The notes under the pieces: model-generated
Told to the model about the DNA's origin: nothing
Database searches by the model: none
The model's input: the letters and a program-made list of their open reading frames with translations, nothing else
Translations under genes and position numbers: made by a program
Source of the DNA: Xylographa opegraphella
Taxonomy: Eukaryota
Reading direction: 5' to 3'
DNA length: 64,000 nt
Assembly: GCA_022813865.1 (NCBI GenBank)
Contig: JALDZX010000042.1
Coordinates: 124,001-188,000, forward strand
Shown here: in pieces, positions 11,635-24,971 of the stretch
Position numbering within the stretch: position 1 is the first letter of the stretch
Layout of the letters: every line of letters begins with the position of its first letter

Positions 11635-12639
11635 TTACTCGTCATCTCCGAAGAAGACCTTGACCGGTAACCAGCCATCGCCGCACACCTTGAAGCGATC
11701 TGGCAGGTTATCCAGCTCCTGCACCTCCTGGCTGCTCAATTCCCATCCATCCAGCTCATAGTTCTTCTCGATCCGCTCCTTGCTGACGCTCTTGGGGATG
11801 ACGCTCCAGCCCTTCTGGATGCCCCAGGCGAGGAGCAACTGCTGCGGCGTCTTGCCCTTCTTCTCCGCCATCTTGAGCAGGGTCGGGTCCTTGTACAGCG
11901 GGCTGTTGGTGCTGCCGAGGCAGCTGTAGCCAGTGCAGTGGATGCCCTTCTCCTTGCAGTACTGCACCAGCTTGGGCGAGGGGCAGTTCGGGTGCAGCTC
12001 GATCTGGTTGACGGCGGGCACGATCTTGCATGAGGGGTCGTTCAGCAGCTTCTCCAAGTTCTTGATGCCGAAGTTGGAGACGCCGATGTTCCGGACCTTG
12101 CCGGTTGCAGGCAGCTTCTGGAGCTCCTGCCACGTCTTGATGAAATCCCAGTCAGGGAGGTGCTTCTTCGTGTCATTGGGGTCGGTGGAGGACGGCCAGT
12201 GCATGAGGTACAGATCCACGTAGTCAGTGCCCAGGTCCTTCAGCGAGGAGTCAATACCGTCGGTCACGCGGTGATGCCATGTGTTGTCGAGCTTGGTGGT
12301 CAGCCAGATCTCGTTGCGGGGGACGCCGGACTCCTTGATGCCCTTGCCGACCTCGGCTTCGTTGCCATATGCGAGCGCGGTGTCGATGTGGCGGTAGCCT
12401 TTCTTCAGCGCGATCTTGACGGCTTCGGTGACCTCGTTGGGCTTGCTTTGCCATGTGCCGAGGCCGATAGCAGGGATTTTCGCACCCGTGTTGAGCGTGA
12501 AGGTTTTCCTGGTGCGGGAGTCAGTCAATTGCCCTACTCAATGCCGCAATGGATGGGTAGGAGGGATTGTGATATTCGCGTGCTGCCAGGACGAGGCCTG
12601 CTCGTGGACTTACTTGGTGACTTCCATTGTAGAACCCAT
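11635..12639 (-). CDS. Aldo-keto reductase, GCY1-like NADP-dependent glycerol/aldehyde reductase
   Basis: MGSTMEVTK | intron 12613-12509 | KTFTLNTGAKIPAIGLGTWQS..GYRHIDTA..Y.NE..TKL..DLYLMHWP..IGVSNF..NQIELHP..VIPKS. The AKR tetrad D/Y/K/H is present. Confidence 0.95.
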
Positions 12640-14790
12640 GCTGACTGTGCCGGGGAGTATGGATAGTTGTCTTGTTTGTTGTTGATGCTGCTGGAAAGGG
12701 TGATTGGCAAACTGCTTGTGTGGTGTTTGTCGTCTCAGGTTTGTGTGAAGGAAAAGAGAATTCGTGGCGAACAAGCTGGCCTGATATCCATTCCGGCGGA
12801 CTGTGGATTTTCCCCCAACGCTGCCCCGCAACGATAGTGGGGCAGCTTCTAGAATTCTCGTTGATCTTCGCATCCTCGCCCCTTTCGATTCGTTCCACCG
12901 CCACGGTTGAAGCCAAGCCAGACAATTCCGAGCCCTGGAGCGCGATGACGTACTGCGGACTTTAGCCGGCCGGTAGGGCTCTTCGGCCGCTAGTTCCGCC
13001 CGGCCGACGTGCCATCCAACGACTTTTCTTTGTTTCGGATTGGGGTCGTGGCAGGATTTTTGCTCTCCAGCTCCGGCGCATCTGTGACACGTTCCATCTT
13101 ACGGTCTCGTCTCCTCCCTTTGCGAGAATCCCGAAGACTGCTCTGCAAAGATGAACGGTGCAGGATGCTCGGTGTCCTTGGGCAAGGCAGATTGATCCTG
13201 CCAGAGACCTGATTCCACAGGTGGTGTCGATCCTAAGGCGACCTGACCAGCTCTGTGGCTGATGATCATCGCGACTTTACTCTACATGCTGCTAGTGAAG
13301 AACAGGCTGTGCAACTTCACTTATACACGTGGAAGGGTTATGAACAAGTGCACCCTGACAGCCTGGATACTATCAGATGGACATGGTCTCATCTCTTACC
13401 TCAATACACACCTCCATACCAAGCGTTTCAATGGCGACGCGAAGCCTTCTGCATAAGACTGTAGCTGTCGCTCTATTTGGCAGCCTGATCTCCGAGCCCG
13501 ATGGCTTTCCGCCTTCATTGAGCTCGCACACGACTTTCTAGTCCACCATTCTCAAACCGAGTGCCAGACCACGTATGTAAGAGTTTGTGCTAGTGGTCGG
13601 GCTTGAAAGCTTTGGATTCGCTCCTCTCGTGCATTGAATTCCAAGTCTGCGAGCCCTCGAAGAGGATTTCGTTGATATATATTACACTGTCGTGTGTGTA
13701 GATGCTACGCATCTACGGCTGGACCGAGGTCCAATGTAACCATCGTATTAGTTACTGTTCATGCACTGGAATAACGCTGCAATTGCATCGTTGCAGAAGG
13801 CTTGTCATTTATGACCTCGCGCTGCTTTTACTTAGCCATCATCTTGCAACCTAGCAGTGCTTTCTCACGACTTTGTACTCTTATCATGCGAATCTCGATG
13901 TTTCATCTGAAAGCCGCAGGCTTGTTTCGCGTTGTGATCATATGGCTAGGATATCTCTAGTGATGCCGCAGTTGGCACGTTGAATCCTTCTGCTAAATTC
14001 AGACGAGCTAAGCCTTTCTAGCCATGCTAGCAGTGGTCGAGATGGTCGAGACAGAGAGGGAGCCTTTCCTATGACTCTTGAGGATTGGAAAGTGAAAGAA
14101 TTTGTATGTTAAGATGGGTGAATAAAGGTACGCAATATTGGTGACAACTTGCCTCCAGAAAAACCAACAAAGGTCCACCTGCTCTTTGGCCATTTTGGAA
14201 TAGGCTACCAGTTGACACGAGCTTAGGACGTCCTAAGCTAGAAATGGTAAGCAGATGGAAGTCTCGTGGAAGCACGGTAGGAGTCTGTCGTCTTCACCAA
14301 TGATAGGTCCGGGATTTTCTGCGACCCGGTGATCCTTCAGGATGCCACATGCTTCGCGCATTACCATTGCAACCCAATGAATGCATTGCAGTCTTCTTGA
14401 TGGCCTCCTTCTTGACGGTTGTGACTACTACGACTGCTTGCGTGTCTTGCGACCAGGAGTCTGGCCATGCGGTTCCACTACATCAGGTGTCTCCTACGAG
14501 CATGGCTTGCTGGATCCGTAGGATTTGCCATCCTAGGTAGTGACTCTGGGATGTCCCATACCATGTGTACCTTGATGATTGTATATGTACTTGTGAGCCT
14601 TGTCCTGTCTTTCTTGGGTACCAGGTTCGGACTGAGGCCGCCTTCGTCAATACAATTCCGACAGCTCATCGCATTCTCTCTCACGGCCTCTCGCTGCCAA
14701 GTAAACTTGGCTCATCCTTGGTCGGGGAAAGAAATCTCATCGAAATATCTCCACTACCCTCTGCCATCTCCTATCCCTTCAGACTGAATC

Positions 14791-15762
14791 ATGGCGAAGA
14801 GGCATCTATCAACAACCGAATCCGCCCTTCCAAGTGCTTCCACAGCTGCTTCATCCACAGTCACTCTTTCCTCGGCAGCAATATTTGCAGTCTCCGACCT
14901 CATTGCAGCATCTCCCACAATATCCCCATCGTCGGCGGCATCTTCCACAATCGCTGCCTCAGCAGCGTCTGTGTACCCCACCATACCGCCTAATCTAGTC
15001 GACAATCAAATCAGCCCAGGAGGCATCGCAGCAGCAACGGTCTTCAGCTGCGCGGTCCTCCTCTCCTGCATATACCTTGCCTACCTCGCCTACCGCAAGT
15101 TCCAGAACCACCAGCGATACCGGAACAACTTCAGCGACCAGGAGACTGCCCCTGCGGCAGACGAGAGTCTCGCAGCAACACGGCCCATGTCCTACCTCCA
15201 ATTCGGCAAGCTGCCCCACGACGATGTGATTGAAATAGTAATCCACCACCCTGAGCAACCCCAATTTACCAAACCCCTTCCGCAGTCGCCCGGCACATCC
15301 ACCGTGGCATCAAGCCCCGACTCGCCGAAAGAGATGAACTCCCCGCGACTACCCGCCAGTCTAGTGAGCCCGAACCAACAAGCCCTCCCTCCAGATACGC
15401 CACAACTCACAAGATACTCCACGCCCCTCCTCTCCAGCAAGCTCTACTCCCCCTTCCCCCAACCCCACCCTTACCTCCGCTCACTCCCCTCCCTCTCGCC
15501 TCCCCTTCCTATCCATCTGGGCCCCCTCGCCGCCCCCACCAACAATTCATCCCCAGCAAGCACCCGCGCCCTCGGCCCCACCTCCGCCACCGCCGTCCTA
15601 GCGGGCCACCCCACCCCGCATGGCCGCTGTCTCGGCCCCGTCAGCCCGGGCCTGAGCTCCGAACGCCCATACCCGACAAACCCGCCGCCTACCCGGGATG
15701 GGCGGTCGCCGGGCTCGTTAGGAAGGAAGCCGGTGGAGGGAGAGGCCTTGGCGCGCGGGTAA
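14791..15762 (+). CDS. Hypothetical single-pass membrane protein (Ser/Ala/Thr-rich N-part, Pro/Ser-rich tail)
   Basis: 323-aa ATG ORF with TM segment GGIAAATVFSCAVLLSCIYLAYLAY followed by basic RK. No recognisable catalytic domain. Confidence 0.55.
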   Translation: MAKRHLSTTESALPSASTAASSTVTLSSAAIFAVSDLIAASPTISPSSAASSTIAASAASVYPTIPPNLVDNQISPGGIAAATVFSCAVLLSCIYLAYLAYRKFQNHQRYRNNFSDQETAPAADESLAATRPMSYLQFGKLPHDDVIEIVIHHPEQPQFTKPLPQSPGTSTVASSPDSPKEMNSPRLPASLVSPNQQALPPDTPQLTRYSTPLLSSKLYSPFPQPHPYLRSLPSLSPPLPIHLGPLAAPTNNSSPASTRALGPTSATAVLAGHPTPHGRCLGPVSPGLSSERPYPTNPPPTRDGRSPGSLGRKPVEGEALARG

Positions 15763-16230
15763 CAGGGCTATGAATCGGGTGAGTTGGATATGGGCGAGAG
15801 GGGAGGAGTTCAGATGACGACGTGTGGCATGGGTGTGCTGGCAATCTTGGAGGGGAGTCGATCACGCCGCTGGAGGCATCGGATCCGGCGCGCCGGTTGA
15901 ATAATGGCTGGTAATTACTCCATACAAAAGGGACGGAATGGCTTCGTGCATGAATGGGCACAGTTGCGGAAAATGCGGGATTATGATTATGATTTGTCTC
16001 TTGTGGAGCAGGGGTTGTCGAGCTATAGACTAAAAGTGTTTTGCAAGCTATTGATAAAGCTCCGGTACGGCATCGGATGAAATCGACCCTGTTTCCGCTT
16101 TGAGAATCTATTTTTAACAAATGAGTATCGTGCTCGTAGAAGAAATATTAATCCGCAGACCCAGTATCCCGGCCTCGGGATTTCCCGACTGCGGCCTCGG
16201 AACTAAGCCGTGTGGCCTGATCACTGCTGT

Positions 16231-19200
16231 TTACCTCCTGCTCGCCCGATTCTTTTGATTATCCAGATTCAACGTCTCCCTCAACAGGCCCCTCACCGAC
16301 CTCTTCATCCCGTCCAAGCGATCCTTCTCCCTGACCACCACCCCCCTCACCAGCCTCCGAAGGGCCCTTTTCATCATCCGCCCATGCAGATCCTGCCAGC
16401 CCGCCAGCTCGGCAGCGACGGTCTGCTGGGTGTAGCGCAGCTCGCAGCCGATGGTCCTGAGCTCCTCCTGGGATTTCTCCATACGCTCCTGCGCGTCTAG
16501 ATGGATGCCCTTGCGCGTTTCATCAAGAAGGCCGAGCGGCCAGCGGTCGGAGCGGCGCAGCGAGCCTTTGTGTCGGTCGATGGCCTTCTGCGTCGATTGC
16601 AGGGAGGTGATGAGGGTCTGGGGGCGGGAGAGAGAGGAGAGGATGGCGAGGATGGTGGAGGAGGCGGCTTGGAGGTCTTGGTGGAAGAGTTTGAAGGCGT
16701 CCGACTCGTGCGGGGTGGTGGTGCTCGCGTAGCGGGTGAAGGCTGAGATGTGCGATTGAGGGAGGAAGGCAAGGGTGCTGAGGGCTTTGGTGGCCAGGTC
16801 GAGGGAGACAGAGAAGTCTGGTATATGTGTTAGCAAGGAAAGAGTCCCGAGAGCTGGTACGGACCTGAGGCTGCGTTTCTGATACTGTTCACTCTCCGGA
16901 TGACGCTCTTGGTGGAATGATTGACCCCTCTGATTGACTCTCTGGCATGACCAACGAAAGACTCAACATCTCTCACGTCTTCTACGGGTTCGTATTCGTC
17001 CTTGACGTTTTCCGCACGGATCTCAGCTTTCTTGGTACTTCTCTCGCCCATCATCTCGGGCTGGATCTCAGGAACTAGGATAAACTCCCATAACAATTCA
17101 TGGGTGGAGAAAGTCGAATGTGCTAACATAATACTTAGGAATTTATCCAGTCGTACCTGGATATCATGCAGGACCGCTCGCGACGGACGAGATGGAATTT
17201 GGAACGGCGACCGGAAGTTGAAGATGGATGGCAACCATGAGGCAGGATGTTCAACTGACAGCCACTTGGCGAGATTTTCAAAGTCCGCCAAAGACCTTCG
17301 ACAGGTAGTCACCGCAATCATACCTTCGCCGCTACGAGCTGCAGTCTTGATGATCAGTCGTACGGTAGCGTCCTCAACAAAAAACGAGCGAACAACTGCA
17401 GTGACTCGACCATCTGGTGCTGGTGTTTTTGACACAAGTATCATATCGTCGATTCGATTCCGCACCTCGTCATCCTTTGCCAGTTCCACCGCGGTCATAC
17501 CTCGATTCTCTTTAGCCTGGACATCCACCCTTTTATCCAAGAAGATTGCCCTGACCATGTCGAAACGTCCGAATTTGCTTGCAACCATCAGTGGCGTAAA
17601 GCGCTTGTCATTCGTCGCATTAGGGTCTGCATCACAATGCTGCAGAATCCGCAGAGCTAAATATGGATCGTTAACAACATGAAGTAGCGAATTGCCTTTT
17701 CCGTCAATATGATTGTCGAGGTGTAGGCGACTGTAATCATCCTGCTCGTCCATTGCAGATTGCAAAGCATTGTTCACCATGTCTATGTACTTGGGATGGT
17801 CATACGACCTGCAAATAGCCAGAAGTGGTGTTTGACCATTCTTATCTTTCTGTCGCCACGGAAGCAGTGTTCGAAACCGCTGCACCAGTTGTGGTGTGTT
17901 GAAGGCATAATGAGCCACCGTACGACCTCGGTTATCTTGTCTCGACACGTATTTCTCTATCTGCTTGGTATCACGGATATGGAGGACATATTCCATCAAG
18001 ATCTCGACGAGGCCTGCATGGGCTAGTTGTACCGCTGCGCTCAAAAGGGTTGTTCCCTCAGCATTAGAATCTTCCAGTATGATATGGCTAGGATAGAACT
18101 CTTCCAATGAAAGAAGATACTCCAAGACTTCTAGTTGACGAGCCTCAACGGCCATCATAAGCACGGAATTGCCCAAAGAATCTTGAGTTTGGCAGAGCTT
18201 CTCGATCGAAGTATCTCCCTCTATTACACTACTTCTAGAATTCATCGTACTTGTTCTCGATCTGAACGAATATTCGGAGCCATTTGATAGACTCCGAAGG
18301 TCCATTGAAACGCGCTTCTTAGCCCCCGGTGTTTGATAGGATGACTCTTCCTTTTCCTGGGCCTGAAATGGAAAAACATGAGCTAGATTCGCCACCTCTG
18401 ATGAGTTGTCCATCTTGTCAATCGTATGGTCTTTATCACTTATATCGGAATACTTCCGACGAGAGCGATCGTCTCCCGGAGAAAAGGTCTTATTATCCTT
18501 GATCGGTTCTGGGATGAGAGCATGAGCACTGGGTTCACTAAAATTCGAGTCTTCATCATCAGTCAGTGAATCGCCTTCCGGTTGCAGGATTGCCTTTAGT
18601 TCTGATATATTTCCGCTTTTTGTTGCTTGCCACAATCGACGATTCCTCCGACTGGCCACCCGCAATCCACCAGAATCTGTTGTTATGTATGAGAGTACTG
18701 CCTCAAAGGTGCTCAGGGCATAACCCATTTCTCCACCTTCTACATCATCGATGAAGATAAAGCTGCGCATGTAAGCAAGCCTAGCTTGTAAATGGCGAAC
18801 CTGTGCACGGATGACAATAATCAATAACAAAGAAACAAGCGTGTCAGCATTTATTGTCACCACTGCCGTATGCTTCTCCGAAATAGAGGACCTGAAGGAT
18901 CCGTTCCCGTGCTGCTTATGGTCTTGAGCTTCGCTCATGGTGACAGTCTTCACAGTCGCCAGCAAAACATCCATCATTTCCTGAGGGCTTCCGGCAACGC
19001 TCAATTTCTTGAATTCCTCCACACCGGGGCTCAATCGTTGCGCAAGTTGCTGTTTACCCTCTCTACCGCCATCGATCGTAATACCCACTTGGGCGATATC
19101 TATATGAGCCATGTGGTGTATCCGGGACTCAAGCTCAATGTCCTCAAGCCTATGGATATCACAGATACGGGGGAAAAGTGCCGTACCATGTAACTGTTGT

Positions 19201-20317
19201 GTAACGTATCGTTCAATTAAACGCTCCACAAGTGGTCCGGTAAGCTCTGTTGTCGCACCTAGCAGAGAGAGCTGCTGTTTGTCTACCAGCTGGAACAGCT
19301 CTATTGCAGCCGTCACAGCCGTTTCAAGCGTCTTTCTCATATGGTCTTCTTCATCATCCGCATACGTACTAACGCTTATGGCTGAGGGTGATGTAATATG
19401 GCCGTTGATGACCTTGTCTCGAACTGAGCCATCCGCAGTGCTCTGCGAGAAGCTCAGTGAGGCCCGTCTTGATGAGGCACTAAATCGCCTTGGAGTCACC
19501 GACGGTAGTGGTTTCCCAACGTCGCTGTTGAAATCTTTGAACACTTTCTCCAGACCTGGCTGCATTTGCCGCGCAATCATTGGGAAGCTATTCAAAAGGT
19601 CATTGAAGCTCTTGATATCTCTTTTCTCAGGAGATGAGTTGGAAGACTCAGATTCTGCATTGTTGGCCTTGACAGGACTTTTCTTGTCCACAGCTGGTAG
19701 TGTGTTATTGAACTGCGGAAGACTCGCAATGGTAACTTTGATCGGTTCTAGCGTTCCAATGAGCGGTTTCGAAATGTAATATACGAGCCACTGTTGCGCT
19801 TCAAGCCCATCGTGATAGTAAAGCGCGTCCGTGAGCAGCTGTGCTTGGTTGAGATTTCGAAACCCTGGAAGAGATGAGATTGGCCAAATATTCAGGAGAT
19901 ATACCGAGAAGCACACCTTTGTTGCTGTATACATATGACTCTTTCACCACAACAGTTCTTCCGTTGGCCGTGGTGAACTGTTTCGCCCTTCCTCGGCTGT
20001 CTCGTACACTTCCCACCTCCTTCGTGCTTTCGACGCCCCCAAGCCCAGCTGCACGAAGGACATGACTGCCGAGGAAATCGTCCGAATAAACTAGGTCGGT
20101 GAGAAGAAATCCTGTCTCTCGATCTTTGTGAGTGATGAGTACTTCGGTAGTTGGAACTAGCAGTATCTGTAACCACGGGTCAGTTTTGTTTTCAATTGGA
20201 AGGGGAGAGATATAAAGCGGCTTCGACATCACGACTTACGTGCTGGCTTACGGGGTTGCACTGAGATGGGAGTGCGCTCTTGAAGAAAGCCCGTAGAAAA
20301 GGATTGAGGGAGTGCAT
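16231..20317 (-). CDS. VPS9-domain / ankyrin-repeat / PX-domain endosomal protein (Vrl1/VARP-like)
   Basis: MHSLNPFLRAFF.. | ILLVPTTEVL.. | ORF 16830-19934 with VPS9 motif NADTLVSLLLIIVIR..GEMGYALSTFEAVL, ankyrin repeats (GTTLLSAA, GQTPLLA, FTPLMVA) and PX-like RRSLADF..L..EHP | helical last exon 16802-16231. Confidence 0.9.
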
Positions 20318-21218
20318 TCATTCAGGACCAAGGGGCGGCCAAAGCTCCTTGCCTGGTAGGCGCCCGGAGATAAGGACAGTATGTTACAAGCCGAGAATGA
20401 TCGCAAGTATCAGCACTTCACGCAGCTGGGCTCACTCTAGCTTCATACAGCTTTAAGTAGAGTGGCGGCAGCTGCGATGACTTGCACGATTGTGACTTCC
20501 AAGCTTTCAATACGAAATCCGCCGGCTCGTGATTATGTTGTATTCTTAGCAATATGTGATTGACGGTATCCTAGGATAACGCCGCTCCGAGCTAACTTAT
20601 ATATGGTATGGCACGCCGGACCTTGACTTGATTTGCGCTAGTGGGATATCAATGCTGAAGGACTACCTTACCTTGCCTTACGACGTACAAAGTGTGCTCT
20701 GTACACAGTGTGCAGAAGGAGAAGCTCTGCGTGCTTTCCTTTAACAAGAGAATGTGCAAATCATCCGCACCTGTCAACTTCACCTCCAAGACACCATCCC
20801 AAATGTACCCAGCGACGATGACTTCCCCTGCGCCTTGCCAGCATGAAGCCTTGGAAAGGACGATACTATCCGTGGTATCAGAGTGTAGATAGCACGCTGC
20901 ATTCGCAGACAAGTTTGACGAAATCCCGTGATTGTTCAATTCCCAGCATAAAGCCCTCGCGGATCAAAGGACGAGTTTCGGATCGATCGTCTCATGCCCT
21001 GCTCCACAAGCTGTTTTATCCAGAACCATGTACTACGTTGCTGAAATCCTTTCAAGTTCAGGCAAACATGTTGTAAGGCTTAGCAAAGACTCTCCATCTC
21101 TACTCAAGCTACCCAACATGTTTTCTCTGCATATTCTGGTGTGTCTTTTGTAAGTGCGACGGTTTTGATCAGTCGTGCGATATCATGAGCTGCTTACTTC
21201 GTATGAATGCTATCATTA

Positions 21219-22213
21219 CTACCTGGAAATAGTTATGCCATGCCATCCATCCTTGGGGATTCTAATTGCTTCTGCAAGAGGATAAACCATGGTCTGCCAG
21301 TTACCAGCCACGTCTCCAGCCCGCATGTTCTCAATAGCAGCCAACATTGATGCTTCAGCTTCATCTATGGACGCACCGCTCACCAGATAGTTATGAGGGA
21401 ATTCGTCGTAGTAGTACTGGGCCACTCCGAGGGCCAGACCTCCCACGACTCGAGGGTCTGTGGTACCTGGCATTAAGTCAGGTAGATGTGCCTCCGTGAT
21501 AGTAATAGTCATAAAGCTCTTTGGGGCTTTCTGATGTTCAGCTTCATTCGGAAAACTGGGTAGTCTACATACCCAGTCTAAACTCTGGCTCGAAAAACAC
21601 GTCGATAACACTATCGAGATCGTATGTGACGAAGCCACCCAGGCCTAGCTCCCCAGACCTCCCGATACCCATGAGACATGGCTTGATTACCATTGATGCC
21701 CAATACTGGACCCAGTTTGGCTCGAGATACCAATACCGATTGCCACCACGATGAGGTGCCACATCGACTGTGATGGTGCATCTATGAGGACCATCTGCGC
21801 CGCTTAGCTTCTGTCATGGCGGTAGTGTCAAGAATGGATAGCAGTTTGTTGCGTAAGATTAATGACAATTCGTCCTATCCCTCCACGAAGCCGGCTTAAT
21901 GTACATACAAAACCCACATACTGACAGGATCTGTGTACACCAAGGGCAAGGTCAGAGACTCAACATCAGGATCATATCCCGGTGGACGAGGATCTCCAGC
22001 GTTGGCTCGATAGAGTGCGGCTGGTTCCGAACCGCTAGGCATTTGCTCAAAAGCGCGAACGCATGACTCTAACACAAGTCCGCTGCCGTAAACTGCATCG
22101 CACATAACAAGGTCGTTGAATACTGCGATGGTCAGGGAGAAGGAATCGAAGAAAGTAAGAGAAGCTATAAGAAAAGGCAACAGAGTCCTCGTGAGACAAT
22201 TTTTCCTTGCCAT
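21219..22213 (-). CDS. Hypothetical secreted Cys-containing protein
   Basis: Hydrophobic N-terminal signal-like segment; C..YG..L..SC..A..P ; intron approx. 21919-21795; RCTITVDV..IKPC..GGFVT; 46-nt intron approx. 21572-21527; SFMTITIT..PGTTDP. Introns restore the frame across three ORFs. Confidence 0.65.
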
Positions 22214-22973
22214 GGTGGTTAATGGTGATACGGAAGGGAGACAGAGGAGGCACCGACAAAAGCAACGGGTAAAACAATAGCTAACATGTTACCTTTTTAT
22301 TACATATGATCCAGAGTAAAAACGTGTTCGTAAGCAACAATTAGCGTTATCAAGCACGGTTGGACTTTAACTTGGATCCGCGAAACAAGTCCAACGGAGT
22401 CTCAACGGATTAAAACGTTCAACGTATAGTTATGAACACATCCCACGAACGTCGACCACAGCAGGATCCACGTCTAGAAACCATGCAAGAGCATGGGAAA
22501 GATATGAGAATTCAGAGAAAAGGTAGGTCTGCACGATGGGGTGCATGGCGCCGATCCCGATAACCGCATTAGCAGAGCCAGTCAGTGTTCGCTCTGCTGT
22601 TCAACCACTATACATGAAGGTCGACTGCTTTCAAAATCGGCTGCCTGTATACAAGTCAACAATACTATCTTTGAGCATAGACGTAATGCCCCTTCCACGT
22701 AAGCTTTAAACCTGTTTCTTTTATACACTTGACACTGAAGATGTCAAAAACTATTATACATAGAGTGGCGACGGATATCCTCACATCCTCACGCTTTTTC
22801 CGTGTTCCACGTCCCACGTAGACCGGTAAGGTGGGCTCTGAAATGCCTTGAACGGAGGTACCTACCTAAGGTAATGTACAAGAATTCAGATGATCAAACC
22901 CCCCTGAAGCCGCTGCCACATGCACGCTAAATGCCGCAGATGATTGTCCGAAAAAGATCATAACTTCCAATGA

Positions 22974-24685
22974 TCATATGTAATCCCTGTTGCTTTTCTG
23001 CAGCTCGATCAATCGCCATCCCCGAGTCTCTGGGTTATTAACGTCTTCTGCGGTCCGTGTAACTCCTATGGCATAAGTGACCAATTGAACTTTGTCCTCC
23101 ATACCAGCTGCCAGCTCGTTTGTCTTGATTTGCCGGTACACATGAACTTCTTGGGTGCGGCAAGTTATGATGAAGACCGGAACCTCACCAGGTTCCAACA
23201 TGCGTGCGGATAGGATGTCCACGCCCCGAATATCAAGAATACGGCCATCGACTTTGAGACCGGCCTTTGTCCATTGCTCGGCGAGAGCAGAATAAACTTG
23301 ATATTGTGCCGCAGATAACCAGAGCTTCAGTGTTTCGACATCACCTTTCACATACGCATCAAGAACCTCGGGCAAAATGTATTCCCTCATCTCTCGCAGG
23401 AAAGGTTCGATCTGAAAATTCGGATCCATTTCGCGGAACTTCTTGATTACCATAGCTGTCTCATTTTCGGCAAAGAAGCCGGCGACGCGATCAGAGATAC
23501 TCCTAGCTGTCGATATTAAAGGATTTTCAGACTCGTTGTAGCTGGATTTGAGAGAGAAAAGAGACTGCATCAAACGATTAGAGTCCTTAAACCCCCTCCA
23601 TGACTCCTTCCAAGCAGCGTCTTTGTGCAACGTGACGTTGGTACCAGCACTAAGCCGCTCATTAGCGAAAAGCATATAGCAGTACCGAATAAACCCTACT
23701 TCGGATCTTCCTCTATCTTCTCAATTCGCCTTCCAGGTCTCCCACTTGCTTGAGACTCACGAAACTCACGTAGCTCCCTTTTCTTCCGCCGTTCTTCCTT
23801 TTCTGTCCATCCACCGTATCTCGAGCTGCTGCCATCGTCGATAACCTCTTTCACACTTTTGAAAGCAGCGGTCTCCCGAACAGGTTTTGTGACCCTGTCG
23901 ATACCCTTTCCTGTGGCATTGACCCCGGCCCTAACACCTTTCACAACCGGCGTGTCCCAAGTCCATGCTGCAGTCTTACCAATGACTTTGCCGGTGCCTT
24001 TTAAAGCGGAGGAGGTAGTTGACGCTGCCGTTCCTGATGCCGCTGAATATGCTGCTCTTGCGCGCTTTACGGACTCGTTTTCAGTGAACTGATGCGCCGA
24101 GGATGCGAGTGCCTTAGTAGATTCATTCCATTCCTTAGAAGCCTTGAATTCAGTACGGAGGGTTTCGGTAAAAACTTGCCAAGGAGTCTTATCTCCATGA
24201 GGAGGTGGCGGCGGGGGTTCTGAATTCTTTTGCTTCTGCTTCTCCCTGCCGGATTTGTTCCTAGCTTCGTCCGGATCTTCCTCCTTCTGCTTACTCTCAG
24301 AGGACTCCTGGGACCTTTCAGATGAAGCCTTGCTGGATTCTGACTCTTTCTTGTCTGATGAGATATTGTCTTTCCGGGGTGGATCCTTCACATCATTCCG
24401 ACTTCCATGTTCTTCATGTGCAGCCGGCCGAGTAAAGAAGGATCTGCTAGCAGTGAACTGGGGTAGATTTGAGTGTAACGTCGAGCGGAGAAGCGCAAAT
24501 GTCTGAGTCTGTGCATACTGAGTAACAATAACAGGAGTTACCTGGTCAGATCGGGAGTGCATATGTCGAAGCACCGAGTATAGTCGACTGCATTGTGTTG
24601 ATCTGCCATACGGACTGACAGTGGAGATCGCGAGCCGGTAAGCTCGCGGAGCCGATGCGGTAAGATGACGTGAACGGTAACTCAT
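22974..24685 (-). CDS. TIM44: Mitochondrial import translocase subunit Tim44
   Basis: Presequence-like N-terminus, KTPWQVF.ETL..EF, SSRYGGW | intron 23699-23650 | ESENPLIS..FFAENETAMVIKKFREMDP.F..E.FL..YILPEVLDAY..GWRLIE. Confidence 0.95.
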
Positions 24686-24971
24686 GCTATGCCTTCCCCA
24701 GTGACCAGATGTATGAAGAAGTGCCAACAGGTTAGAAGTACCAGAGAACCTCTGACACAGATTGATGAGCGGCAAACAATCTCATGCGCAAAAGATGAAT
24801 ATAGCGGCAACTCCCGCCTCCATCCTGGAAATAATGGACACATGGTCCGTGCCTGTAGCATGCCACGCTTAGCTATCCTAGTCATAGCGTAGAATGGCGC
24901 TCGGTACAGCGAGTGATGAAGCTGCGGAAGGTTCGAATATCACGACTGTCCTGACACCAAACTGTTGTACA

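Noticed and set aside
13200..13620. Protein-like fragments (e.g. WQPDLRARWLSAFIELAHDFL)
   Set aside because: Interrupted by stops and unassignable.
16167..16201. Repeated CGGCCTCGG flanking a TCGGGA/TCCCGA inverted repeat
   Set aside because: Too short to distinguish from chance; lies between convergent gene ends.
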